In this document: piece after piece, positions 38,293 to 46,868 of the stretch
Layout: each line of letters begins with the position of its first letter
Position numbering within the stretch: the first letter of the stretch is position 1
Origin: Deferribacterales bacterium
GTDB lineage: Bacteria; Chrysiogenota; Deferribacteres; Deferribacterales; Geovibrionaceae
NCBI GenBank assembly: GCA_050251945.1
Contig: JBFWLW010000003.1
Location: 160,001 to 224,000 of the forward strand
Length of the DNA stretch: 64,000 nucleotides
Reading direction: 5' to 3'
Position numbers and translations under genes: made by a program
Notes under the pieces: model-generated
Told to the model about the DNA's origin: nothing
Database searches by the model: none
Seen by the model: only the letters and a program-made list of their open reading frames with translations

Positions 38293-40677
38293 ATGGCACA
38301 GGCGGACTTGCACTGTCACTCGAAATTCTCAAAACACCCTTCGGAATGGTTCCTCCAGCGGATCGGCGCGGCAGAGTCATACACAGAACCGGATTTCATC
38401 TATCAGACGGCGAAAAGCCGCGGGATGGATTTCGTAACGGTGACAGACCACAACTGCATTGACGCTTCCGTATACCTGAACGAGAAATACCCGCAGGACA
38501 CCTTTACAGGGGTGGAATCCACTGTCTACTTCCCCGAGGACGGATGCAAAATGCACATCCTCGTATACGGGCTGAACCACAAACAGTTCGACATGATACA
38601 AAAAATCAGACGGGACATATATCAGTTCCGCGACTATATAAAAGAACAGCGGCTGGCATACTCCGTCGCCCACGCAACGTTCAGCGTTAACGGCAGACTG
38701 GCGATGAACCACCTTGAAAAGCTGATGCTCCTTTTCGATGTTTTCGAGGGAATAAACGGCGGACGGGGCAAGCTCCACAACACAACGTGGGTGCGCACTC
38801 TGGAAAACCTTACACCGCTTGCCATGGAAAACCTCTACTCGCGCTACCGCATCGAACCCATAAGCGACACTCCGTGGATAAAAGGCTTTACAGCGGGTTC
38901 CGACGACCACGCCGGACTTTTCCTCGGCAAAACGTATACCCTCACCCGTGCGGCAACCCCGCAGGAGTACGTTGAAGGCATCCGCAAAAAGGAATGCCGC
39001 CACGCGGGACGCTACAGTGACTTCCACTCGCTGGCTTTCACTGTCTACAAGATAGCCCACGATTTCAGCCGCACAAAAAAGAGCGTCCACTTTGCAGGCG
39101 GATTTTTCAGCAAGATAACCGGATACATCTTCGAGCAGGAGAAACCCTCTCTGATGGAGCGCATAAAGCTTACAGGCTTTAAGATGAAGAACACCGGAAA
39201 GATAAATCAACTGATTGTCGAGATGATTCAGGAGATGCAGAACGAATCTTTCAACAACATAGAACGCAAGCTGAACATGGTCTACCACAAAGCTTCCGAC
39301 ATCTCCGACGAGTATTTCCGCATGATGTTCTCACATATGGCAAAGGACATTGAAAAGATAAACATGGACGACCTTTACCAGAGCGTGACAACAGCGCTTC
39401 CGGCGGTCTTCCTATCAATCCCTTTTTTCAGCTCTTTCAACCAGATATACAAGGACAGAGAGCTTATAAACCAGCTCAATGAAAGCTATAACTACGGTTC
39501 GACACCGGTGCGCAAGCGTATCCTGTGGTTCACGGACACCATAAACGACCTGAACGGTGTTTCGGTGACCCTGCGTACCATAGGCAAAATGGCGCACGAC
39601 AAAGGCTATGACCTGAAAATTGTGTCATGCCTTACCCCCGAAGAGATAGACCACCGCCTCCCGCCGAACCTCATAAACCTGAAACCCATAGAGGCGTTCA
39701 AACTGCCTTACTATGAAAAGATAACCGTAAAAGTACCTTCGGTCATACGCGCCCTTGAAGAGATATACGACTTTGAACCGGATGAGGTCTTCATATCAAC
39801 CCCCGGTCCCGTGGGACTCATGGGTCTTTTGGCTTCAAGACTGCTTTCCGTTAAATCAACGGGCATATACCACACTGACTTCACAAAAGAGACTAAAGAA
39901 ATCACCCACAACGACTCGCTGACCAACCTTGTGGAAGCGTACACCAGATGGTTCTTCGATTCCGTTACGGAGCTTAAAACCACGTCTGCACAGTACCTTG
40001 ACTATCTCGAAGACAGAGGCATCAACAGAAACAAAATGTCCGTGTTCAAACGCGGCATAGACGCGCGCCTGTTCTGCCCAATGGACAAGCGACCGGACAA
40101 CGTTTTCACCCTCTGCTACGCAGGAAGGGTTTCGCAGGATAAGAACCTTGATTTCCTTTTGAATCTCTTCACCGACCTTGAGAAGAAATACAAATTGAGA
40201 CTTATCATCGCAGGACACGGACCTTACAGCCCCCGCGTTGAGGAGTTTGCAAAAGGCAGGGACAACGTTATCGTAAAGGGCGAGATAGAGCATACGAAAA
40301 TGCCGGAAATATATGCCCAGAGCGACCTGTTTGTATTCCCCAGCAACACCGACACCTTCGGCATGGTTGTTCTGGAATCACAGGCATGCGGCATACCTGC
40401 CATCGTCTCCGACATGGGCGGGCCCAAAGAGATAATTGAGGACAAAGTGACCGGCTTCGTCGCAAAGGCAAGCGATTATTCAGACTGGACGCATAAACTC
40501 ACATACATGATAGAACTCTGGCAGACCGACATTGCCGCATACAGGGACTTCGGACGCAGCGCCCGCGAGCGTGTGCTTGAGCATTTCAACTGGGACAAGG
40601 TACTTGAGGAACTGTTTATCCGCAAACCCGACATGAACGCCCCGCAGCCGTCAATATCAAGAAGACTTGCCGTCTGA
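38293..40677 (+). CDS. PHP-family phosphoesterase fused to GT4 (GT-B) glycosyltransferase
   Basis: N-terminal DLHCHS, TDHN, TGVE, AH and GSDDH. C-terminal TDT....NGV, YHTDF, RGID, AGRV..DKNL and DTFGMVVLESQACG. Alternative start 38278. Confidence 0.88.
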   Translation: MAQADLHCHSKFSKHPSEWFLQRIGAAESYTEPDFIYQTAKSRGMDFVTVTDHNCIDASVYLNEKYPQDTFTGVESTVYFPEDGCKMHILVYGLNHKQFDMIQKIRRDIYQFRDYIKEQRLAYSVAHATFSVNGRLAMNHLEKLMLLFDVFEGINGGRGKLHNTTWVRTLENLTPLAMENLYSRYRIEPISDTPWIKGFTAGSDDHAGLFLGKTYTLTRAATPQEYVEGIRKKECRHAGRYSDFHSLAFTVYKIAHDFSRTKKSVHFAGGFFSKITGYIFEQEKPSLMERIKLTGFKMKNTGKINQLIVEMIQEMQNESFNNIERKLNMVYHKASDISDEYFRMMFSHMAKDIEKINMDDLYQSVTTALPAVFLSIPFFSSFNQIYKDRELINQLNESYNYGSTPVRKRILWFTDTINDLNGVSVTLRTIGKMAHDKGYDLKIVSCLTPEEIDHRLPPNLINLKPIEAFKLPYYEKITVKVPSVIRALEEIYDFEPDEVFISTPGPVGLMGLLASRLLSVKSTGIYHTDFTKETKEITHNDSLTNLVEAYTRWFFDSVTELKTTSAQYLDYLEDRGINRNKMSVFKRGIDARLFCPMDKRPDNVFTLCYAGRVSQDKNLDFLLNLFTDLEKKYKLRLIIAGHGPYSPRVEEFAKGRDNVIVKGEIEHTKMPEIYAQSDLFVFPSNTDTFGMVVLESQACGIPAIVSDMGGPKEIIEDKVTGFVAKASDYSDWTHKLTYMIELWQTDIAAYRDFGRSARERVLEHFNWDKVLEELFIRKPDMNAPQPSISRRLAV

Positions 40678-41933
40678 TGAGTTTTCAGTTCATTAGAGAA
40701 CTCACCACCAACCTGCCCGCACTTATGCGCGGCAGAACGGCTGGACAGCTCATAATACAGACTACGGACATGTGCAACGCAAAATGTCCTCAATGCGGTA
40801 TGCGCACGCAGGAGCAGTTTAAACGCTCAAAGCTGGACGGCGACAGCATCAAATCAATAATCGATCAGGCGGCTAAGAACCGCGTTAAAGCGCTCTCTTT
40901 CACCGGGGGCGAGCCGTTTCTTTTTCAGGACACACTTCTTAACTGCATTTCATATGCACACAGCAAAAAGATACCCTACATCCGTACGGGAACAAACGGT
41001 TTCATGTTCATAGGCGCGAATAAGCCCGGATTTGCAGACCGCATGCGTGAGTTTGCAAAGCTTCTTAAGCAGAGCGGACTTTACACCTTCTGGATAAGTC
41101 TGGACACATGGGACATCATGGAGCACGAAAAGAACAGAGGGCTGTCCGGCGTAACGGACGGCATACGCATGGCGCTTCCCGTTTTCAGGGAAGAGGGGAT
41201 ATTTCCGTCCGCCAATCTCGGCATAAACAGGACGATAGTCAGAGGCGAACTGACGGTTGACAAAGACAGCAGCGAATTTGAAAAAGCTCGTTTTTATGAG
41301 GCATACAGAGAGGGATTTGCGAAGTTTTACGGCTTTGCCGAGGCTATGGGGTTCACCATCGCAAACGCCTGCTACCCAATGAGCATGCAGGAGGGCGCAG
41401 TATATAAGGCGGAATCGTCCGACAATATGGTCTGTTACAACGAAACTGAAAAATATCTGCTCTTTAAGGCGCTTTACGACACAATTCCGCAGTTTCGCGG
41501 TAAAATACGCATATTTACTCCGAGAAATTCGCTGAAAATGCTTATGCGTCAGTATTCAGGAGACAATGAAGCAGGATTTGCCTGTTACGGCGGCATAGAC
41601 TATTTCTTTGTGAACAGCGTCAACGGTCACGCGTACCCATGCGGATTCCGTTCGGACGACGACCTAGGCGAATACGCTGGTCTGAACACTAAAGATATCC
41701 GTATCAAACCTTATTGCCGCGAATGTGACTGGGAATGTTTCAGAGACCCGTCAAACCAGACGGGAGCAATCACGGAGATTTTCCGCAAACCGCTGAAAAC
41801 CGCAATGATCTTCTTGAAAGACCCGCAGTTCACGCGCGATTGGTGGAGCGATCTTTTTTACTATTTTGCCTGTTCAATGTTCAATTTCAAAACGCCGCCC
41901 AATTACGGAAGAATGAAGAAATTTCAGAAATGA
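40677..41933 (+). CDS. Radical SAM protein with C-terminal auxiliary Cys cluster (SPASM/twitch-like)
   Basis: CNAKCPQC, SFTGGEP, TNG, and C-terminal CYGG..YPC..CRECDWEC. The start overlaps the upstream stop. Confidence 0.9.
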   Translation: MSFQFIRELTTNLPALMRGRTAGQLIIQTTDMCNAKCPQCGMRTQEQFKRSKLDGDSIKSIIDQAAKNRVKALSFTGGEPFLFQDTLLNCISYAHSKKIPYIRTGTNGFMFIGANKPGFADRMREFAKLLKQSGLYTFWISLDTWDIMEHEKNRGLSGVTDGIRMALPVFREEGIFPSANLGINRTIVRGELTVDKDSSEFEKARFYEAYREGFAKFYGFAEAMGFTIANACYPMSMQEGAVYKAESSDNMVCYNETEKYLLFKALYDTIPQFRGKIRIFTPRNSLKMLMRQYSGDNEAGFACYGGIDYFFVNSVNGHAYPCGFRSDDDLGEYAGLNTKDIRIKPYCRECDWECFRDPSNQTGAITEIFRKPLKTAMIFLKDPQFTRDWWSDLFYYFACSMFNFKTPPNYGRMKKFQK

Positions 41934-41987
41934 AGCACAGAGACATTAAGGCGTATCCAATAATTGTTGGCACATTTATTTGAGAAT

Positions 41988-42115
41988 GAGATCGCTTCTG
42001 GCATAAAGCCCTCGCGAAGACGGAATAAAAACCATGTCTCTGCGAGGAATATCAGCCAAAGGCTGAATGAATCAACTTTCAGGCTAATTGTTGAATAAAG
42101 TGACGAAGCAGTCTC
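41988..42115. repeat. REP/REPIN-like element (family copy 5) with internal insertion
   Basis: GAGATCGCTTC..CTCGCGAAGAC / GTCTCTGCGAGG....GACGAAGCAGTCTC. Confidence 0.8.
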
Positions 42116-42154
42116 GTCTTTCAATATACATCATCGTCAATTTTGTTAAGTACT

Positions 42155-43027
42155 CTAAAAACTATGTTCGTACCCGACGTTTGATATATCCGTGAACTGT
42201 CCGTCCTTTTCAAGCCATACACCTGAACCGGATTCCACACGCCCGATACATATTACCGCAGGATAAGCCGCTTTCAGTTCATCCGCTTTTTCCGCAGGAA
42301 CAGTGAACAGCAGAGAAAATTCCTCACCCGAACCAAGGGCATATTCAACTGTATACCCATCACGGGGAACCTTTGAATGTTCAACCACGATCTTAACGCC
42401 GCTTCTGTCTGCTATGTGGGATGCATCCCGTCCTATACCGTCGCTCACATCTATGCAGGAATTCGCTATGCCTGTCCTGCCGAGGAAATCACCAAGAGCA
42501 GTTTCAGCACGCACAAGGTAGTGATTATAGTTGTCCTTTGAACCAGCTGTCTCCCTGTCAAGAAGCTGTCTGACACGTCCGGCGGGTCTGGAAAGAAACA
42601 GCAGGTCGCCTGCCTTAGCTCCTGAACGGGTAAGAACGTATTCGTTGCGCTCACCCACTATGGTCAGCGATAAGAAAAGCCCCGAAGCTGACGATGTGGT
42701 ATCCCCGCCGATGAGCCTGACTCCGTATGATTCAAACGGTCTGACGATATCTTCCGCGGAAATCTCCCTGCCTTCGGGAACAGCTATCCCCAGAAGGGCA
42801 TATTTCGCCACACCGCCCATGGCGGCTATATCGCTGACGTTTGCAGTAAGAAGTTTCTGCATGATATGACTGAACGGAGCGTCGGAAGTAAAATGGACCC
42901 CCTCCGCCATGATGTCTTTGGCAATAAGCGTCGTGCCGAATAAGGCGGCATCGTCGCCTACCCCTAGGGCGATGCCGCTGTTATCCAGCATATGTGACAA
43001 ACTCTCTATGAGAGAGAATTCTTTCAT
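42155..43027 (-). CDS. thiL: Thiamine-monophosphate kinase
   Basis: GVGDDAA, NVSDIAAMGG, GGDT, DVSDG and GEEFSL motifs. Confidence 0.95.
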   Translation of the reverse strand: MKEFSLIESLSHMLDNSGIALGVGDDAALFGTTLIAKDIMAEGVHFTSDAPFSHIMQKLLTANVSDIAAMGGVAKYALLGIAVPEGREISAEDIVRPFESYGVRLIGGDTTSSASGLFLSLTIVGERNEYVLTRSGAKAGDLLFLSRPAGRVRQLLDRETAGSKDNYNHYLVRAETALGDFLGRTGIANSCIDVSDGIGRDASHIADRSGVKIVVEHSKVPRDGYTVEYALGSGEEFSLLFTVPAEKADELKAAYPAVICIGRVESGSGVWLEKDGQFTDISNVGYEHSF

Positions 43028-43641
43028 AACTTTTCCGCTTTTTCGCGCAGTTCTGCCGCCGCCCTTGCGGGGTCATCCGCCGCGCATATGCAGGAGGACA
43101 CAGCAACACCCGACAGCCCGCAGCCGTAAAGAGTGTGTATGTTCCGTGCGTTTATCCCGCCTATGGCAATGGCGGGCTTTGATGTGAGCTTTATGAGTTC
43201 CGCTATCCCTTCGGGAGCTATAACAGGGCGCAGGTCTTTTTTGGTGCCAGTCATAAAAGCGGGTCCCACGCCGATGTAGTCCGCCAGCTTTGCGGTCTCT
43301 ATATCCTCTTTAGTGTTGCACGAATAGCCGTACAGCATGTCGGGAAACACCTCTTTCGCCCTTTTAAGCGGCACGTCCTTAACGCCGATATGCACAGCCT
43401 GCGCGCCAAGGCAGCGTGCAAGGTCTATGCGGTCGTTAACGACAAACAGAACGTCCTTACCTGTCAGAAGTTCCGTAAGCTTAAGCCCTGTCTCATACTG
43501 CTCTTTCGCCGACATCCCCTTGTCCCGAAGCTGAACCGCAGTTACGCCGTTCTTCACCACTTCGGGTATAAAAACCTCAAGAGGCTTTTTAAGCATGTGC
43601 GTTTCAAGAACAAGATAGAGCTTTAAGTGTTGTTTCATCAC
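43024..43641 (-). CDS. thiE: Thiamine-phosphate synthase
   Basis: VQLRDK, VNDRID, DYIGVGP.F.T.TK and AIGGI motifs. Confidence 0.95.
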   Translation of the reverse strand: MMKQHLKLYLVLETHMLKKPLEVFIPEVVKNGVTAVQLRDKGMSAKEQYETGLKLTELLTGKDVLFVVNDRIDLARCLGAQAVHIGVKDVPLKRAKEVFPDMLYGYSCNTKEDIETAKLADYIGVGPAFMTGTKKDLRPVIAPEGIAELIKLTSKPAIAIGGINARNIHTLYGCGLSGVAVSSCICAADDPARAAAELREKAEKL

Positions 43642-44903
43642 AGTTTCTTATCTATTTTTACCGCGCAGAGTTTTCCGCACATGGAGCATGAACCCATGTC
43701 GTGGTTGCGTTTGAATTTTTTACGCGCAGTTTCGGGGTCGAGAGAAAGCTCGAACTGCTTCTCCCAATCCAGCTCTTTTCTGGCTATACTCATCAGCCTG
43801 TTGCGTTCAACGGCTCCGGGTACGCCCTTTTCCATATCGGCAATGTGTCCTGCGAGGCGCGAAGCCATAACACCCTGATAAACGTCGTCCTCGTCAGGAA
43901 GACAGAGGTGTTCGGCCGGTGTTACATAACAGAGAAAATCTGCGCCTGCGGCACCTGCAATAGCTCCGCCGATGGCAGCCGTGATATGGTCGTATCCTGC
44001 ACCGATATCTGTGGGGAGCGGTCCCAGAATATAAAACGGAGCATCGTTGCAGAGACGTTTCTGAAGCATCATGTTGGATGCTATCTGGCTCAGCGGAACG
44101 TGTCCGGGACCTTCTATCATAACCTGAACGTTCTTCTCGTAAGCGCGTTTTGCAAGCTCGCCGAGGATGATAAGTTCGTCTATCTGGGGTCTGTCAGTGG
44201 CGTCTGCAGTAGCTCCGGGACGGAAACCGTCGCCGAGACTCAGAGTGACGTCATATTTGTATGCTATTTTAAGAAGTTCGTCATAATATTCGTAAAGAGG
44301 GTTTTCTTTTTTATGAACCCTTATCCAGTTGGCAAGGATTGAACCGCCGCGGGAAACTATACCGCAAACGCGGTCGCTGTTGTCCATTCTGGCAACTGAC
44401 TCCTTCGTTATGCCGCAGTGGACAGTGATGTAGTCCACACCCTCGCGGCACTGTTTCTCTATGTTGCGAAGAAGCACCTCTTCGTCAATTTTATCTGTTG
44501 TGAGATCCTTCATGGCGAGTTCCGCCGCAACTGCATATATCGGAACCGTGCCGAGCATGACGGGGCAGTTCTTTTCTATCTCAACGCGGATAGCGTTCAG
44601 GTCGCCGCCTGTTGAAAGATCCATAACGCTGTCAGCACCTGCACGGATTGCTGCATCAAGCTTTTTAAGCTCGACATCAAGGAACGGGCAGTCGCCAGAC
44701 GTACCGATGTTCGCATTGACCTTCGTCTTAAGTTTTTTGCCTATGCCGCGCACGTCAAAATTTCTGTTTATATTCTTCGGGATAACAACCTTGCCTTCGG
44801 CAATTAAGGTGACAAGCTCATTTACGTCAATGAGTTCATCCTTCGCTACCTTCGCTATCTCCGGTGTTATTATGCCTTTTTTCGCCGCCTCAAGCTGTGT
44901 CAT
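43638..44903 (-). CDS. thiC: Phosphomethylpyrimidine synthase
   Basis: KVNANIGTS, MDLSTG, VSRGGS, EGPGH and C-terminal CSMCGKLC. Start ATG 44903 with AAGGAG RBS. Confidence 0.97.
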   Translation of the reverse strand: MTQLEAAKKGIITPEIAKVAKDELIDVNELVTLIAEGKVVIPKNINRNFDVRGIGKKLKTKVNANIGTSGDCPFLDVELKKLDAAIRAGADSVMDLSTGGDLNAIRVEIEKNCPVMLGTVPIYAVAAELAMKDLTTDKIDEEVLLRNIEKQCREGVDYITVHCGITKESVARMDNSDRVCGIVSRGGSILANWIRVHKKENPLYEYYDELLKIAYKYDVTLSLGDGFRPGATADATDRPQIDELIILGELAKRAYEKNVQVMIEGPGHVPLSQIASNMMLQKRLCNDAPFYILGPLPTDIGAGYDHITAAIGGAIAGAAGADFLCYVTPAEHLCLPDEDDVYQGVMASRLAGHIADMEKGVPGAVERNRLMSIARKELDWEKQFELSLDPETARKKFKRNHDMGSCSMCGKLCAVKIDKKL

Positions 44904-44916
44904 GTTTATCTCCTTA

Positions 44917-44954
44917 ACAAAAAACCCCGTTCCGGACAAATGCCGAAACGGGGT
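44917..44954 (-). terminator. Riboswitch expression-platform terminator
   Basis: ACCCCGTTTCGG..CCGGAACGGGGT followed by TTTTT, between the aptamer and the thiC RBS. Confidence 0.85.
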
Positions 44955-44974
44955 CATAAAGCCTTGCTAAATGT

Positions 44975-45046
44975 CCGTTCCCTACGTCGGCATTACCCGA
45001 ATCAGGTCTTAGGGGTATATCTCAGCCGCACCGGGCACCCCCACGG
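44975..45046 (-). ncRNA. TPP riboswitch
   Basis: GGGGTGC..GCTGAGA..ACCC..ACCTGAT..GGTAATGCC..CGTAGGGA closed by a CCGT/ACGG P1 stem, upstream of thiC. Confidence 0.95.
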
Positions 45047-45090
45047 TTTTAAAACTATATTACTTTTTACATACGTTCGCAAGAACGATT

Positions 45091-45363
45091 TTATCTTTCT
45101 ATGACAAACTCCGCATAGCCGGAATCGCCCTGAATCTCCTCTGTCTCCATGCGCTCAACCGACGAAAAAGGGGATCCTTCATGCGCTTCCAGAAGAGCGG
45201 CGTCAACAGCCTCTTTCTCACCTGTGATATCAAGCTCGACAGAACCGTCGGGCATATTCCGCACATAACCTGTCACAGTAAGGCGCGAGATACGCCTGTG
45301 GACAGACGCGCGGTAGCCCACGCCCTGCACACGTCCATATACTCTGGCGCGGATGCGCATCAT
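45091..45363 (-). CDS. acyP: Acylphosphatase
   Basis: GRVQGVGYR and GYVRNMPDGSVE motifs. Confidence 0.93.
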   Translation of the reverse strand: MMRIRARVYGRVQGVGYRASVHRRISRLTVTGYVRNMPDGSVELDITGEKEAVDAALLEAHEGSPFSSVERMETEEIQGDSGYAEFVIER

Positions 45364-46868
45364 TTCATTTTCACCCAGAATTTCGCTGTCTCCTGCCTGT
45401 CCTGTGTTACAACGACAGGATAGAGCATTTTTGCAGTGTCTTCCGCATATTTTTTCATAAATCTTTTGGGCTGGAGATTGATAACATAGCCTCTGTCATC
45501 GCCGTCGTTCACCATGGAGAAGGATGGAACATAGCCTTTAAGGTTTATGGGAAGTCCTGTTATCTCACCGTCGAGAGCGAGTGAAACAAGTTCAAGCTTT
45601 GTTCCCACAGAGAGATTTAGCGTCTCGCCGTTTGCAACTGTCAAAGGTTTGCCGTTCACTTTCACGTTGAACACATAGCCTGCGGCGGGTGTCTGAACAG
45701 CAGGAGCGGCGGGCTTAACAGGTTCGGCAACAGGTTCCGCTTTCGGCGCTTCCGCCACAGGCTGAACCTTCGGAGCCTTTGCAACAGCGATGCTGATATT
45801 TCCTATCTTTATGTTGTCCTTGCGGAACTGGAGAACGGAGTTGTTCTTTATTATAAATTTTGAATTGAGGTCGTTCAGCGTGCCGTATCCTAGAAGGTCG
45901 CCGGAAACGCCCCTTTCATAGTTGGATTCTATGTGACGGAGTTCAACAACGTCCCCTCTGTTGACGTAAAGTGTCTGACCTCTGTCAATCTTTTTCGGTT
46001 CGTCGTTAACTGCAATTATGGCGTAGTCGAATCTGGGTTTATCGATGATAATAGAGGGAACTTCCGGAACTATTCCGTATATTTTCATGAACTCGTTAAC
46101 GGCGTAGTTATGATAAAGCACTTTCAGCTCCACACTGGGCAGATTCTTAGAAGATTCTATACCGTACGCGGGAATGCAGTATTGCCTGACAGCGTAGTAT
46201 GTGGCTGTTTTGCGCATATCGCTGAACGGAGTTTTCGGATTTGCGGTATCGGTATTAAAATAGTGAAGGTGATATCTTTCATCGTCTATTTTGCCGTTAA
46301 CCGTTTTGAGAACGTCCATGGCATGACTTTTCAGGTCGATAGTCTTTCCGTTTCCGCATTTATACATGTCGGCATCGGTGATAACTGACTGGCCGAATCT
46401 ATTGGGATTCCGGTTGCTGTCCACGTAAACCGGACTGTGGTAGCCCCAGCCGTCGTGAAGGTTAAGGAATACGTTAGACTCACTCATCAGTTTCTTGACG
46501 ACGGATACAACTTTGTCCATCTCAAGTCTTTCAGGCTCGTCCAGAAATCTGCGGTTCATATCGCCGTCGGGTCCTCTGTCGTAAAGGATTACCGATTTGA
46601 AATTTGCTCTGGGGATAACTATCAGGTTTCCTTTTTCAAGGCGCAGGTCGGAATAGAGATCCGCCGAAAGAAACCCGCCCGGCTCGTCCCCCTGAATACC
46701 GCCGAGGATAAGCATGGTGGGACCGTTCTGCCTTCCGTATATCTTATACACCTGAAGTTCATAGTCGGTGCCTTTAAAATAGTTCTCAACCTTCGTATAG
46801 GGTCTTGTCTGGGCATATGCGGAAACAACCGTCAAAACAAGCATGATCGCCAATAAAAATCTTTTCAT
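45360..46868 (-). CDS. Secreted M14/M99-type zinc carboxypeptidase (Csd4/Pgp1-like)
   Basis: Signal peptide, GGIQGDEPGG, DMNRRF and LNLHDG motifs. Confidence 0.8.
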   Translation of the reverse strand: MKRFLLAIMLVLTVVSAYAQTRPYTKVENYFKGTDYELQVYKIYGRQNGPTMLILGGIQGDEPGGFLSADLYSDLRLEKGNLIVIPRANFKSVILYDRGPDGDMNRRFLDEPERLEMDKVVSVVKKLMSESNVFLNLHDGWGYHSPVYVDSNRNPNRFGQSVITDADMYKCGNGKTIDLKSHAMDVLKTVNGKIDDERYHLHYFNTDTANPKTPFSDMRKTATYYAVRQYCIPAYGIESSKNLPSVELKVLYHNYAVNEFMKIYGIVPEVPSIIIDKPRFDYAIIAVNDEPKKIDRGQTLYVNRGDVVELRHIESNYERGVSGDLLGYGTLNDLNSKFIIKNNSVLQFRKDNIKIGNISIAVAKAPKVQPVAEAPKAEPVAEPVKPAAPAVQTPAAGYVFNVKVNGKPLTVANGETLNLSVGTKLELVSLALDGEITGLPINLKGYVPSFSMVNDGDDRGYVINLQPKRFMKKYAEDTAKMLYPVVVTQDRQETAKFWVKMK

